A stretch of DNA of 64,000 bases, taken from positions 24,564,464 through 24,628,463 of the forward strand of contig NC_043011.1 of assembly GCF_006345805.1 (NCBI RefSeq), in the 5' to 3' direction. The notes beneath the pieces were generated by a model that saw only the letters and a program-made list of their open reading frames with translations, did not search any database and was not told where the DNA came from. Positions 1 to 12,880 of this stretch are shown here, piece after piece. Numbering within the stretch: the stretch's first letter is position 1; the number at the start of each line of letters is the position of its first letter. Position numbers and translations under genes: made by a program. The stretch is from Octopus sinensis (Eukaryota).

Positions 1-486
1 GTTGGGAATGCTGAGAAATTCTCAATCCACATGGTCAACCCATTTCTCTATCTATAAAAAGATAAATTCTGTGATTTCACCACATTTATGTGTTGTGTTT
101 ATTATTCACAGCAAGGCTGTATATGTTTATTTAAAAAGGGTGTACTGCTTGTTCCATTAGCAATGATATCTGTCATACAAGAAAGTATCTTATAAATAGA
201 TTTGTGAATTCCATGATGCTGTCTGACAACTAAATTTAATTCCCAAGTACTGGTAGTTTATTTATCAAAGATAAATGACAATGTTGACCATAGCAGGATT
301 TGAGCTCAGAGTGCAAAATGTCACAACCAATACTTCAAGGTATTCTGTCTGATGCTCTTATGATTCTACCATTTTAAAAACTTCACAAATGTCATAAACA
401 GTCATTTAACCAGAGGCCTTTATTTCAAGAAATTATGTTTATATGATCTTTATCTTAATTTTTAGTAGAGCCCTATTTCAATATTT

Positions 487-788
487 GTTGTTGTTTGTTC
501 CTTTTTGAGCCATGCCTGGCTCATAGGGCTGGTTTCCCAGTTTCCTTGGCTTATAGGTTCCCCACTGGACGGGACGCCGGTCCATCGCAGGTGAGCTGCA
601 AGATGCAGGAGGAAAGAGTGAAAATTGTGGTGAAAGAGTCAGCAGAAGTTTGCCATTACCTTCTGCTGGAGCCACAGGGAACTTAGGTGTTTCGCTCATA
701 AACACACATATCGCCCCATCTGAGATTCAAACCTATGATCCCTCGACTGTGAGTCCACTGCTCTAGCCACTAGGACATGTGCCTCCAT
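487..788 (-). mobile_element. tRNA-derived SINE, type B head/body + tail X
   Basis: Minus strand starts tggaggcacatgtcctagtgg (A-box) and has ggtttgaatc (B-box). 13-bp TSD tatttcaatattt at 474-486 and 789-801. Homologous to 10761 and 45768. Confidence 0.9.
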
Positions 789-1295
789 TATTTCAATATT
801 TACCATATACTAAAAATACACACACACACACACACACCTAAATCTTGTTGCATGGCTCTCTACTAAAATTGAAGCCGTTACTGAATTGTTGGTAGTAGAA
901 TTAGAGAATTTGTTATATGGTGTGACTAAGGCAAATTAATCTAACAGATCATTGCCTTCCTTCCCACTAGATTAAAAATTCCAGCATATTTTAAAATTTC
1001 AGTAAGTTTAGCCAATGGCTAAAGTTTGTTTTTAAGCCATTAACTGTTAATACCCATTAGCTGTTAATACCTTTCCATAAAACTTTTACTGAAAAATGTT
1101 ATTATATTAGAATTTTAAATCTCAGGGAAATTCTCACTAACCAATGCTACTTAGAATTACTTGGAAACTGTATCAACCTCATCACTCAGTAATATTTGCC
1201 CAAACAGCTAGGTGACCTTTTTGTGTGAATCTTTAAAAAAAACTCAATTCTGGGTCAAACTGTTCATACAAATTTTTAAACTCTACAATATATAC

Positions 1296-1655
1296 ATGGC
1301 TCCATGAAGGTGAAGGTGCATGGCTCAGTGGTTAGAGCGCCGAGCTTATGATCGTGAGGTTGTGAGTTTGAATCCCGGACAGGGCTGCATGTTGTGTTCT
1401 TGAGCAAGACACTTTATTTCATGTTGCTCCAGTTCACTCAGCTGTAGAAATGTGTTGCGACGTCGCAGGTGCCAAGCTGTATCAGCCTTTCCCTTTCCCT
1501 TGGATAACACTGGTGGCATGGAGAGGGGAGGCCAGTATGCATGGGCAACTGCTGGTCTTCCATAAACAACTTTGCCCGGACTTGTACCTGGGAGGGTAAC
1601 TTTCTAGGTGCAATCCCAAGGTCAGTCATGACCGAAGGGGGTCTCAGCAGCAGCA
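1296..1655 (+). mobile_element. tRNA-derived SINE, type A head/core + tail Z
   Basis: tggctcagtgg A-box, gagtttgaatcc B-box, core ttgtgttcttgagcaagacac. Near-identical to 36815-37133. Flanking direct repeat acaatatatac at 1285-1295 and 1656-1666. Confidence 0.9.
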
Positions 1656-1839
1656 ACAATATATACTGGGTGCTGATTTTTCTTTCATTTGTGTGTGTGT
1701 GTGTGCATGTGTAAACCCATATAGAAAGAGACGATGTGTAAAAATATTCACAGAAATTAAGAACTCAATTACTAATAGTTAGTTAAGTTCCAACATGTTA
1801 TAACATTGTTGTAAATCCAGATGAAAAAGTTTGTTTGTA

Positions 1840-2212
1840 TCTCTATATATATAAACGGCAAAATGTCTGTCTGTGTGTGTGTCCTTTATACAAATCCACA
1901 ATTTTTCAGTTAGAGGGCTCGCACTTTCTATGGTCATTGAAAACCGTCCAAGGGTGGTCATGCATATCTTTATATTTCCCCAGTCACCCCGCAAAGCCAT
2001 TAAAAAAATCAATAGATGTGACATTTTTGTGAATTTTCTATCCAAAGCCCAATCAAAATGCCCAAAACTTGATCCGCCAATTGAATGCCAGCTAGCTGTA
2101 TGTGATTGGTCAGAGATTTGGACAGTACACGTGTGTATGTGTGCGCACACGCACGCAGCTGTATATGTATGCACTAGCACTATGACCCGGCATTGCCGGG
2201 TCATAGTGCTAG
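1840..2212 (+). mobile_element. Non-autonomous Helitron-like element
   Basis: 5' TC-tctatatatataaacggca start, 3' hairpin ending in CTAG followed by T. No TIR or TSD. 5' end shared with 35210. Confidence 0.7.
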
Positions 2213-2581
2213 TATATATATATATAATCAGCTAAAATGATTTTTAAGAGCAATGTATACTTAAAATAGAATGCTGAAAAGCACATGCAGAACAGCAATG
2301 GTTTGTAGTTATTCTAGCCCATAATATTTCTAGCGATTTGGGATAAACATTGATTTACATTAATCTAATGTAAATTAATTTATATTTACTGATTTTTTTT
2401 TATCGTAATTATGAAATTATAGAATTAATGATGTTTATTCCTAATGAAATAGCTGTTGAAAGTAATTAAATTATGATCTCTCTCTGAAATTTATGCTTTT
2501 CTGCTATTTCTTCCAAACACACACACACACCACACACACACACACATCTATCTATCTATATATATATATTTTATCTTTTAT

Positions 2582-2792
2582 CTTTTATCATTTATTTGTT
2601 TCAGTCATTAGACTATGGCCATGCTGGGACATTGCCTTGAATCTTTTTTTAGCCGAAGAAATCAACCCCAGTACTTATTTTTTAAGCCTGGTACTTATTC
2701 TATCAGTCTCTTTTGCAGAACTGCCAAGTTATGGGGATGCAAACACACCAACACTGGTTGGCAAGCAGGCACAAAGATACACACACACATAA

Positions 2793-2839
<47 letters not shown>

Positions 2840-2997
2840 ATGGGCTTCTTTCAGTTTCTGTCTACCAAATCCACACACAAGGCTTTGGTCAGCTCGAGGC
2901 TATAGCAGAAGACATTTGCCCATCATGCCACACAGTGGGCCTGAACCCTGAACCATGTGGCTGGGAAGAAAGCTTCTTACCACACAGTCATGCCTGC
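2582..2997 (-). mobile_element. Dominant SINE type C (tRNA head, internal microsatellite, conserved 3' half)
   Basis: Minus strand: gactgtgtggtaagaagc head, gaccaaagccttgtg core, internal CA/TA tract, tail gcatggccatagtctaatgactgaaac. Many partial copies: about 3130-3270, 9540-9680, 11300-11490, 13285-13345, 14250-14410. Confidence 0.9.
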
Positions 2998-3544
2998 ACC
3001 TATATACACATACATACATTCATGCATACATGCATACATCCATACATACATACATACATACATACGTAATTACATATGCAGATACAGACAGACACACACA
3101 AACACACACACATGCATGCACACATACACACACACACAAATATGCTTATGGGTTCAGTCCCACAGTGTGACATCCTGGACAGGGGTCTTCTGCAGTAGCC
3201 TTGGACTGAACAGGGCCTTGTGGGTGGACTTGGTGAATGAAAACTGAAAGAAGCTTGTCGTGCATGTCTGGATGTATGTATGCATGTGTCTGTGTGTCCG
3301 TGCATGTGTGTGTGCGCATATGTGTGCATGTGTTTGTGTGTCTCTTTGTCTTAACATCATGTGATTGTTGTAAATGAATGTCATTTATTTCCAAAATTCT
3401 GTGAAAACATGTTTAGCCATGGGCAAAATATTACCTTCCTTGGAAACAGGTTAGAATTGCTAACACAGAGGGCATTGCCAGTCAAAGAAAATTTGCCTCA
3501 GTAAAATTCCACAGACCCATGAAAGCAGGAAAAAGTAGGCACAT

Positions 3545-3667
3545 GAGTGGCTGTGTGGTAAGTAGCTTGCTTACCAACCACATGGTCCTGGGTCAGACCC
3601 ACTACATGGCACCTTGGGCTAACTAAAGCCTTGTGAGTGGATTTGGTAGACGGAAACTGGAAGAAGT

Positions 3668-3722
<55 letters not shown>

Positions 3723-4247
3723 GATTAATTTGTCGTATTTACATACCGAAATTTACCGGTAAACAATTGTTGGTTACATGAAAAACCACAGGAAAATTAT
3801 TTACCATTTTTATTGCATTACCATGTGGATTCCTCATTCCATTACGATTACCCAGAAAGCGCGCATGGCAGAATTTTGGAGGGAAAATTTACGTTCCCAG
3901 TCACTACTTAGTTTTAACATCTGCGCTCTTCCCCCCACTATCTGATGTCGCTGGGTCAGAAGTGAGGGCTGGTGGCATTTGGTAAAGCTATCGAATATAG
4001 CGCCGATGACGGAATTCAAACTAAATTTTTCCTATGTTTGCGATCCAGAAACACGTGTTCGCTATTAACGGTAAGTGACTGATTTCGTATATTTGCCACT
4101 CCGGTTTTGTGTATGTGAGCCGTAAGGGCCTTCGTTTTTGGAATCTCCACTTATAGAAAATGGAAAAAACGGTCTTTGACTGCCATTTCTAATTCCTTCG
4201 GTATGAGACGAAACAGCCTGCTGCTAGCCATCTTATTTTTTCTTTTA

Positions 4248-4302
<55 letters not shown>

Positions 4303-4520
4303 TGTATATGTTTGCATGTCTATGTTTGTCCCCACCACTATCGCTTGACAACCGATGTTGGTATGCTTACATCTCGTAACTTTGAGGTTTGGCAAAAGAG
4401 ACCGATAGAATAAGTACTAGACTTACAAAGTATAAGTCCTGGGGTCGAATTGTTCAACTAAAGGCAGTGCTCCAGCATGGCCACAGTCAAATGACTGAAA
4501 CGAATAAAAGAATAGAAGAA
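3545..4520 (+). mobile_element. SINE type C halves separated by a CpG-rich segment
   Basis: Head at 3545-3672 and 3' half at about 4295-4520, each bordered by (TA)n. Confidence 0.75.
3721..4250. promoter_or_regulatory. CpG-rich segment: possible promoter/first exon, or unclassified insert
   Basis: About 25 CpG in ~510 bp by eye count, versus almost none in nearby unique DNA. Consensus donor CG|GTAAGT at 4070/4071. aagatggc (YY1-like) on the minus strand near 4226-4233. Confidence 0.35.
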
Positions 4521-4724
4521 TTATTAAAATGATGAAGAGGAAATGATGATTTATACATATGAGGAAATGACAAAGGACCAGGAGTTGTATTGATTTGCTT
4601 TACTTGAGAAGACACGTGAAGCCAAATAAAATCGCTGTCCGCCATACATGCAGGCTTGTCCTTTACAGGTGTCAGTGTCATGTAAAATGTACTCATGCTG
4701 ATGCCGCAAAAACACACCCACGCT

Positions 4725-5020
4725 CATCATCATCATCGTTTAACGTCCGCTTTCCATGCTAGCATGGATTGGACGATTTGACTGAGGACTGGCAAACCAG
4801 ATGGCTGCACCAGGCTCCCATCTCATTGCACGTAAAAAGCACCCAGCACACTCAGTAAAATGGTTGGCATTAGGAAGGGCATCCAGCTGTCGAAACCATG
4901 CCACAACAGATAATTGGAGTCTGGAAAGCTCCTCAGCTGATCAACCCTTGTCAAACAGTCCAACCCATGCCAGCATGGGAAACGGACATTAAACAATGAT
5001 GAAAATGATGATGATGATAT
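4725..5020. mobile_element. Two RTE LINE 3' ends joined head-to-head
   Basis: Minus copy 4725-4818 and plus copy 4825-5020, each with ggac(g/a)ttaaac(g/a)atgatg and a (GAT)n tail pointing outward. Confidence 0.8.
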
Positions 5021-5134
5021 ATAGATATAGGTGCATGCATGGATGTGATAATGGCAGGAATGGCTTCTTGCCAGGTTAAGAAGTTCCTCCTAGCAACATG
5101 GTTTTCTGATCAGTCCTACTGTATGTGACATATA

Positions 5135-5604
5135 TACTGTAAATCCTTGAGTATAGTCTGCCCTTGAGTATAATACGCACCCCTTCTCTAACTTGAGTCA
5201 TGCATAATTAAGCCAGCAGCACCTTGCCGAACAAATACTTCCGCGCATGTGTAATACGATAATGATGATGTTCTTAACTGTTATATGGGAATGTAAATAT
5301 GTTTGTAAATTGTTTTTGGTACATGTTATTCTGTGTTCTGAATACTTTTATTTTAATAAATGTTGCTTACTGCAAGTTATTGGTGATTCTTTTATGACTT
5401 CAGTGCTTTCAGGCTTAGCTTAAGGTATTTTCGCGCCCGACACCACAAAATGCATCTGAATAAACATTGTCAGACAGCAAATAGAGACTCAGACATTGCT
5501 TAGAAAATATTTTTCATTTTTAAGCTTGTATATAGTACGCACTAGGGATTTTGACCATTAAATTTTGGGAAAAATATGCGGATTACACTTGAGGATTTAC
5601 AATA
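5135..5604. mobile_element. Non-autonomous pogo/Tc2-like DNA element
   Basis: Imperfect TIRs tactgtaaatccttgagtatagtctgc / gcggattacacttgaggatttacaata. TA ends. Confidence 0.6.
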
Positions 5605-6198
5605 TATTAAAGTTTGATGTGAGTTGGTATATAATGGTTTGGACAGTTTTATACTTTTGATAGGGGACAATTAGTGTTAAGTGAAAACATATAAGTGGTA
5701 GTTCATTATCATATCAACCCTAGGATGACCTGAAGGTTTAAAAGTAGAACCATGAATGCAAGTTATTAAAAAGTAGGTCAGAAAATATTTCGTCCATCAG
5801 CCTTCAGCGAAATAGATAAGAATAATTTTTGTGATAGATGTTTACATTAAGGGCTGCTAAATCAAATAGAATTTAAAGATACAGGATACACAGAATTCAC
5901 TTGTAAGGCTGGGTTATTGTTCACAATATGGTAGATTACTTCCACCTACAGTGAAATCAGTGAATATTTAACTAAGCAGATCAACCTTAGATCTACATGT
6001 AATAACATCCTCCTATATATATAATAGTATTCCTTATGTGAAGTGTTACACACAAAGGATAAAAATTGTTGAAGTCCCAAGCGAATCAATATAGGAAATA
6101 GGTAAACAAAATGGTAGTAATTAAGAAGTCTAGGACAAAAGATGAGAAAAATAATAATTGGAATGGGGGTATAAATTACTAACAGTATAAAGGCAAAC

Positions 6199-6459
6199 AT
6201 GGGGGCGTGTGGCTTAGTGGTTTGAGTGTCAGCATCATGATCGCAAGATTGCAGTTTCGATTCCTGGACGAGGTGATGCGTTGTGTTCTTGAGCAAAACA
6301 GTTCATTTCACGTTACTCCAGGCCACTCAGCTGGCAAAAATGAGTAACGCTGCAATGGACTGGCATCCCATCCAGCTGGGGAACACATATGCCATAGAAA
6401 CCGGGAAACCAGGCCCATGAGCCTGGCTAGGCTTTGAAAAGGACGCATTTATTTATTAT
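6199..6459 (+). mobile_element. Mosaic SINE: type A head/core + tail X
   Basis: Core ttgtgttcttgagcaaaac as at 1296; tail ggcccatgagcctggctagg as at 10761. 13-bp TSD tataaaggcaaac at 6186-6198 and 6460-6472. Confidence 0.9.
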
Positions 6460-7515
6460 TATAAAGGCAAACCAGTTAATACACTGATATTGACCGTGTA
6501 AACTTGTAGTATTACCAACCTACATGATACGTAATTAAAAAATTAAAGATATTTTCTAAGGAAATATTTGAAAGTTTTTCTGTGTTGATGTGTGTATTTC
6601 AGGGCTAATTCTTGTTTATTATATAATTGGTGTTTTAGACATGAAAATATGGAATATTTCTTCCAGGCATAAATTGAATTTCTTATTCACAATTATGTAA
6701 GGTTCTGCCTTGCCAACTATTTCTCATTTTACATCAAAGTTAGTGTTTCTATCCTTTAGGAACCAAATAAACCTGCTTAAGCTTGTATTATGCATTTTCC
6801 CTAGCTTGAAGGAAGCTAGGTGATTACCTAAACTTACCTTGAAGGTAGTAGAGCATGCCTGTATATAATACACTTTTCCATGCTTGCATAAGTTAGAAGG
6901 AATTTGTTGAGGAAGATTTTCTACAGCTGGATGCCCTCCCTGTCTCCAGCCCGAACCTGTTCCCACTGTTTCCAAGTAAGGTAATATTTCCCCATGGCTA
7001 GGCATGCTTTTGATGGAAGATTGGAAAAGAATGACATTGCTTCTGTGATGGTGATATTCATTTGCAACTATCACATGTCAAGACAAAGGTACACAAATGC
7101 AAATGTATTGATATATGTATGTATATATACATACTTGCATATATGTGTGTGTGTGTGTGTGTGTGTATGTATTTCGTTTTTGTATTTGGTTTGAAAGATT
7201 CTTTATGTGAATTCCTGTGTTGAAGCATATTTTATTGTATCTGGGCAGAGTCATTCTCTTTTAGTGCTTTATTACTTAACACACTCACTGGTTCGATTTC
7301 CATTGACTATTGAAGAGGTTGCAAGACACAATGAAAATTTTAGAAAAAATAAGTGGAAATCAAACCAGTTAGTATGTCAAGTAATAGAATGACCCTACTA
7401 AAATAGAATGACCCTACCAGACACAATAATATACACTCACACACACAGAGAAAGTACATAAATGCAAAACAAGGTAGAAAAATAGTACTTGAATACCAAA
7501 GGTAGAGTAATGTGC

Positions 7516-7658
7516 TTAATTAAAGCTGAAAAACCATCAGACTTTCATGTTCCCATTCGTCAGACAGTTGTGATCAAGACTTGATCACAGCTGTCCATGG
7601 AACAGGAACGTGAAATTCTGAGTCACAGTTTTTTGTGATGTTTTCGTAGCTTTAATAA
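7516..7658. mobile_element. Fold-back element with degenerate hammerhead motifs in both arms
   Basis: Central 16-bp stem 7563-7578 / 7580-7595 with 1-nt loop. Outer ttaaagct/agctttaa. Same family as 34761 and 58692. Confidence 0.75.
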
Positions 7659-7668
7659 AAAAGCATAC

Positions 7669-7743
<75 letters not shown>

Positions 7744-8334
7744 TATATATATCCACACACACTAGTGTTAACATGCTGTCTTAAAGATATCATGTTTTAC
7801 ATTGATTTGATATCATTGTATCATATATTTCTATAGTGTATATACATATGGAATGCATTTAAGAAGAGTGCTAGCAAGACATGCAACATGAATGAAGTGC
7901 TAACATCAATAATGGAAACTTGTAGTAGAGCTATAAGATGAAACACAATTATGCTAAAAGAACATGCATTTCTAAAGCAATGAAAAATCGCTACCTAAAT
8001 ACTGCTGATAAATTTTAATATAAACATATATGTACACACACTATCAAGCATTTTCAATACAATTAGTATTTGTTGCTCAACACCATATCATCATAAATCA
8101 GCTAGTCTATGTTTATGTGTTGTTAAAAATTGAGCCCATCACGTAATCAACACCTTTTTGGTGCAAACTGAATGAAAGAAGTATATTCTTTGTTTATATA
8201 TAGCATGCAGTTATATAATTAAATCTTGTTACATTCAGAATGGAATTGAAGTGAAGCAAGCTGATATGTAGATATATAATAGCAATATAATGTTAGTATT
8301 ACTTAAGTTAAAGCAATGACCATAGATACACAAA

Positions 8335-8822
8335 TACACCCCACCAATTTTGTTTCATAATAATCTCCAGAAAAATTGATATTTTTGAATGGAATTTTCT
8401 ACAAATATGCTTCAGTTGATGTAGATTCTGATTGTATCTGAATTTTGCTATGAAAAAAATGCTTCCAGAGAAGAGTGGACTGAAGATTCAGAAAATTCAC
8501 AGAAGCTGGCTTTGTTTCCCCATAACTTTTGGAAAATGAGTATTTTTAAATGAAAATTTTGATGAATACATTTCAGAGTATGTATATTACGATTATATCA
8601 GAAATTAATATGGAAATACAAACTGGTGAGATAGCATGCATACATACTGACACAGATCACATTTTTTTCCTTTTGCAAAATTTATTTCTCAGTAAATTCT
8701 GATATAATTCAAATCTACACCATCTGAAGGGTGTTTGTAGAAAATTTCATTAATAAATATCCATGTTTCTGACAGTTATGAAGAAAGAAATTCGTCGGGG
8801 CACATCTGTGAAGTATGCTGCT
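8335..8822. mobile_element. MITE-like element with long imperfect TIRs; partial sister copy at 9005-9270
   Basis: 8335-8480 is the diverged inverted counterpart of 8670-8822. 9005-9270 is a diverged direct homologue of 8335-8600. Confidence 0.6.
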
Positions 8823-8913
8823 GCATACTCCTGCCAATTACTTAGATTTGAGGGAAATAAGGATGTTATTTATATAAGGTCCAGCTACCATGTACAGGTC
8901 TTTCTTGTTGGTT

Positions 8914-8960
<47 letters not shown>

Positions 8961-9738
8961 ATTCACACACACACATATACATACATAAAGCAATGAGTAT
9001 CCATACACAACTGTGCCCCACTGAATTTGTTACATCGTAACTTCCAGAAAAATGGATATTTTTCAATGATATAATCAATAAATATACTACAGATGGTGTA
9101 GTATACCTGAATCTGTGAAAAGAATGTACTCAGAGGTGTGAGGAGAGGAGATTTAGAAGATTCACATATGTTGGCCTTTTTTTCTTCATGACTTTTGGAA
9201 AAGTAGGTATTTTTAAATGGAGATTTTGACAAATGCTTTTCAGAGGGAATAAATTATGATTATATCAAGATCTAATACATCATCATCATCATCTAAAGTC
9301 TAAATGTCACTGTCACACAAGCCGTGTCATACATTACCAATCATCGGTAAAAACATGTCCAGCCATGGGGGAAGTATTGCATTGCTTAGAAACGGGTGAA
9401 GATTGATGACAGGAAAATGTGCCTCAACAAATTCCACCCAACCAATACAAGCATGGGAAAATGGATGTCTAAACAATGATAATGATGGTAATGATGACGA
9501 TATACACACACACACATACATACACACACACATTTATCATACAAGCTTTTCCCACAAAGAATTTGTCTGCCTGAAGGTATAGGACTATATTAGAAGAAAC
9601 TTGCCCAAGATATTCAATTGTAGGATTGAATCTGGAACCATGTGGTTGGGATGCAAGCTTCTTACTACGCAGCCACACCAAGACAGATTGATAGATAGCT
9701 AAATAGATAGATAGATGGAAGCACACACACACACACAT

Positions 9739-9780
<42 letters not shown>

Positions 9781-9814
9781 ATGTGTGTGTGTGTGTGTGT
9801 ATATATACATATAT

Positions 9815-9881
<67 letters not shown>

Positions 9882-9927
9882 ACACACACACACACATATA
9901 TATATATATATTATATATATATATATT

Positions 9928-9981
<54 letters not shown>

Positions 9982-10760
9982 CATATAAATATGTATGTAT
10001 GTATGTATATGTAAATGAGAGTGGGCATTGGGTATGCATGTGTTTGTATGAGTGTGTGTATGTATGTGCATTTGCATGTAAACAAATATATATATTATAC
10101 AAATATATCTCTTCCCAGACAAACCTGTTTGAAGAGTGAAATACAGTTCATTTCTCTCTGTTCTATTTCTATAATTAGAAATGAGAACATTCTAGAATTA
10201 AATCTAACCAGATTAAATGAAAATGTTGGGTGACATATTAAAATATTATCAGGGTTTGAGATAATTTCCAAATTTGCCAGTTGCTTTTCTTACCATTACT
10301 AATTGATTTTCTGTGGAAATAAGGAGCATGATACAAGATTAGACACACTTTTTGATGAGAGATAAAGGATAGAAAGATAATTTAATGGAATATCAGAGAT
10401 AATGGGTTCATATTGAAGCAGAGCAAATGTTGGTTGATCGTGTTGTTTTACTTTGTATGTTGTGGTGAAGTTAATACAACCATGTTGATGAGTAACGAGT
10501 TTTATTTTTAGTAAAAGTTTCAAAGGGAGTTTCTTATCAGTGCTGGAAGAATATTTCAAATTAGGAAGTGAGCAATAATGGAAGCCTCTAAAAAAGTAGG
10601 AAGTGAATCCCCGTCTGTTTTGATGATAAGTATTCTACTGTCATACTGGCTGTATGAGTATTTGTTGGTGGGTATCAAGTTTAGTTGTGTGTTGCCCCAT
10701 AATAAACCAACTATGAACATTTTGAAATAACATTTTATTTTATCAAAGTAAATTACAACG

Positions 10761-11078
10761 TGGAGGCGCAATAGCCCAGTGGTTAGGGCAGTGGACTCAC
10801 AGTCAGAGGATCACGGTTTCGATTCCCAGATGAAGCATTGTGTGTGCTTATTGAGCAAAAACACCTAAAAGCTCCACGAGGCTCCGGCAGGGAGTGGTGG
10901 TGACCCCTGTTATACTCTTTCGCTACAACTTTCTCTCACTCTCTCTTCCTGTTTCTTGAGTAACACTGCAAAGGACTGGCGTCCCATCCAGCTGGGAGGA
11001 GCAGATACACCATAAAAACTGGGAAACCAGGCCCATGAGCCTGGCTAAGCTTGAAAAAGGTGACGTTTATCATTTTTT
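10761..11078 (+). mobile_element. tRNA-derived SINE, type B + tail X
   Basis: tagcccagtgg A-box, ggtttcgattcc B-box. aaattacaa on both flanks. Confidence 0.9.
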
Positions 11079-11504
11079 AAAATTACAATATTTACATAAT
11101 TACATCATTATTTTAAAGTAGGTTAACATAGTGTGCTAGAACCAAACACAGTTGTAATTAAACCACTAACAATAGAGTAGTTTCCACGAGATGTGTATAT
11201 AATGTATCCCAAGGCCTTATGAGGAAATTTCATAGATAGAAACTAAAAGAAGCCTGTTATATGTGTGTGTCTATATTTTTCTTTTGTCTTTTGCTTATTT
11301 CAGTCATTTGACTGTGGCCATGCTATAGCACACCATCTTAAAATGTTTAGTTAAACAAATCAACTTTAGTACTTATTTTTTATTAAAGTCTGGCATTTAT
11401 TCTATCAGTTTCTTTTGCTGAACTGCTACATTACAGGAACGTAAGCAAACGAACATCAATTATCAAGCAGTTGGGATGGAGAGATACAAACACAAAGCTA
11501 CACA

Positions 11505-11651
11505 GATGCATGTGGAAAGAAGCTTGCTTCCCATCCACATGGTACCTTGGGCAAATGTCTTCTACTATAGTCTTGGGCTGACCAAAGCCTTATGAGTAGA
11601 CCTGGTAGACAGAAACTGAAAGAGGCTTGTCGTGTATGTGTCTGTATGTGC

Positions 11652-11684
<33 letters not shown>

Positions 11685-12880
11685 CGAGGTCTGATCAATA
11701 AGTATCCGGACTGTTGCCATTGTAATGAAGCTAAAGCACACAGAGTGTGCCATTTGGCACAGATTGACCTTCAACTCTGTTGTGCATGCAGTTTTAACAT
11801 TCTAGCTTACTTCCACTGTTTACAGCAGTGCTTGGAAGGAAGGTGTGTAGTGTGGGATCATCACATTGATCATGACAGAGAAAGTTGTCATGGCGATACC
11901 AGCTCAAAAGCCTACGTGAAGTTGCAGAAAGTGTATGGAGAGGAGTGTATGAGCTGCACACAAGTGTACGAGTGGTTCAGACATTTCCAAGTTGGCCGAA
12001 AAAATGTCAATATTAATGAATGTTCTGGGAGACCTACAACCAGTAGAACTGAGAAAATTATTGCAGATGTGTGTGCAACTGAGAGGGGAAATCATTATAT
12101 CACCATCTGTGAATTATCAGAGGATGTGCAGGTTAGTTACAGTTCAGTTCAGTCCTTTCTCACTGAAGATTTGGGTATGAGACATGTGCCTGCCTAGTTT
12201 GTACCAAAACTGTTTTCAGCTGACCAAAGGACACTCGAGTTTCAGTTGCACAAGATCTCCTTGATAGTGTCAAGAATGATGAAAACTTTTTGGAAACTTT
12301 GCATAGGCCTCTGAGCAGGTATTCCAAAGCTTTTGGCAAAATTTGATGCAGATTTTCTGCTCAACTTTCTCTGTCATGGTCAATAAAATGATCACATGCT
12401 ATACACCTTCCTTCCAAGCATTGCTGTAAACAGTGGTAGTGAGCTAGAGTGTTAAGACTTAGTGTGTATACAAAGCGGAATTCAAGATCAATCTGTGCTG
12501 AGTGGCTTTACTCTGTGTACTTTAGCTTTGTTACTATGGCAATAGTCTGAATACTTATTGATCAGACTGCATATATATTGCTCTATTTCTTAGAATGTGC
12601 TTCTCCATTTTTATGTCTGTGTGTATGCGTGTGTGCATGCATGTGTGTGTTTGTGTCTATGATTTTCCCCTACTACTTATTGATGACCAGTGTTAGTTTG
12701 TTTACATTTCTGTAAATTAGTGGTTTGGCAGAAGAGACTGATAGAATAAGTACCAGGCTTAAAAAGGTAAGTACTGCAGCTGATTTATTTCACTAAATCC
12801 TTCAAGGCTGGTGTAGTTTCTTAAATTTACACCTTGCAAGTTCGACAACAGTCTAATGATTGGAACAAGTAAAAGATACA
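11505..12880 (+). mobile_element. SINE type C split by a mariner insertion
   Basis: Head 11505-11640 and 3' half about 12600-12880 flank the mariner inside the SINE microsatellite. Confidence 0.8.
11685..12570 (+). mobile_element. Internally deleted mariner transposon with ~200-bp TIRs
   Basis: TIR (ta)cgaggtctgatcaataagtatccggact / agtctgaatacttattgatcagactgc(ata). ORF encodes mariner N-terminus: QVYEWFRHF..GR..NECSGRP..ELSEDVQVSYSSVQSFLTEDLGMRHVPA*FVPK. Confidence 0.92.

Noticed and set aside
4151-4232. Minus-strand aagATGGCT start (MASSRLFRLIPKELEMAVK..)
   Set aside because: Stops after 26 codons with no convincing donor.
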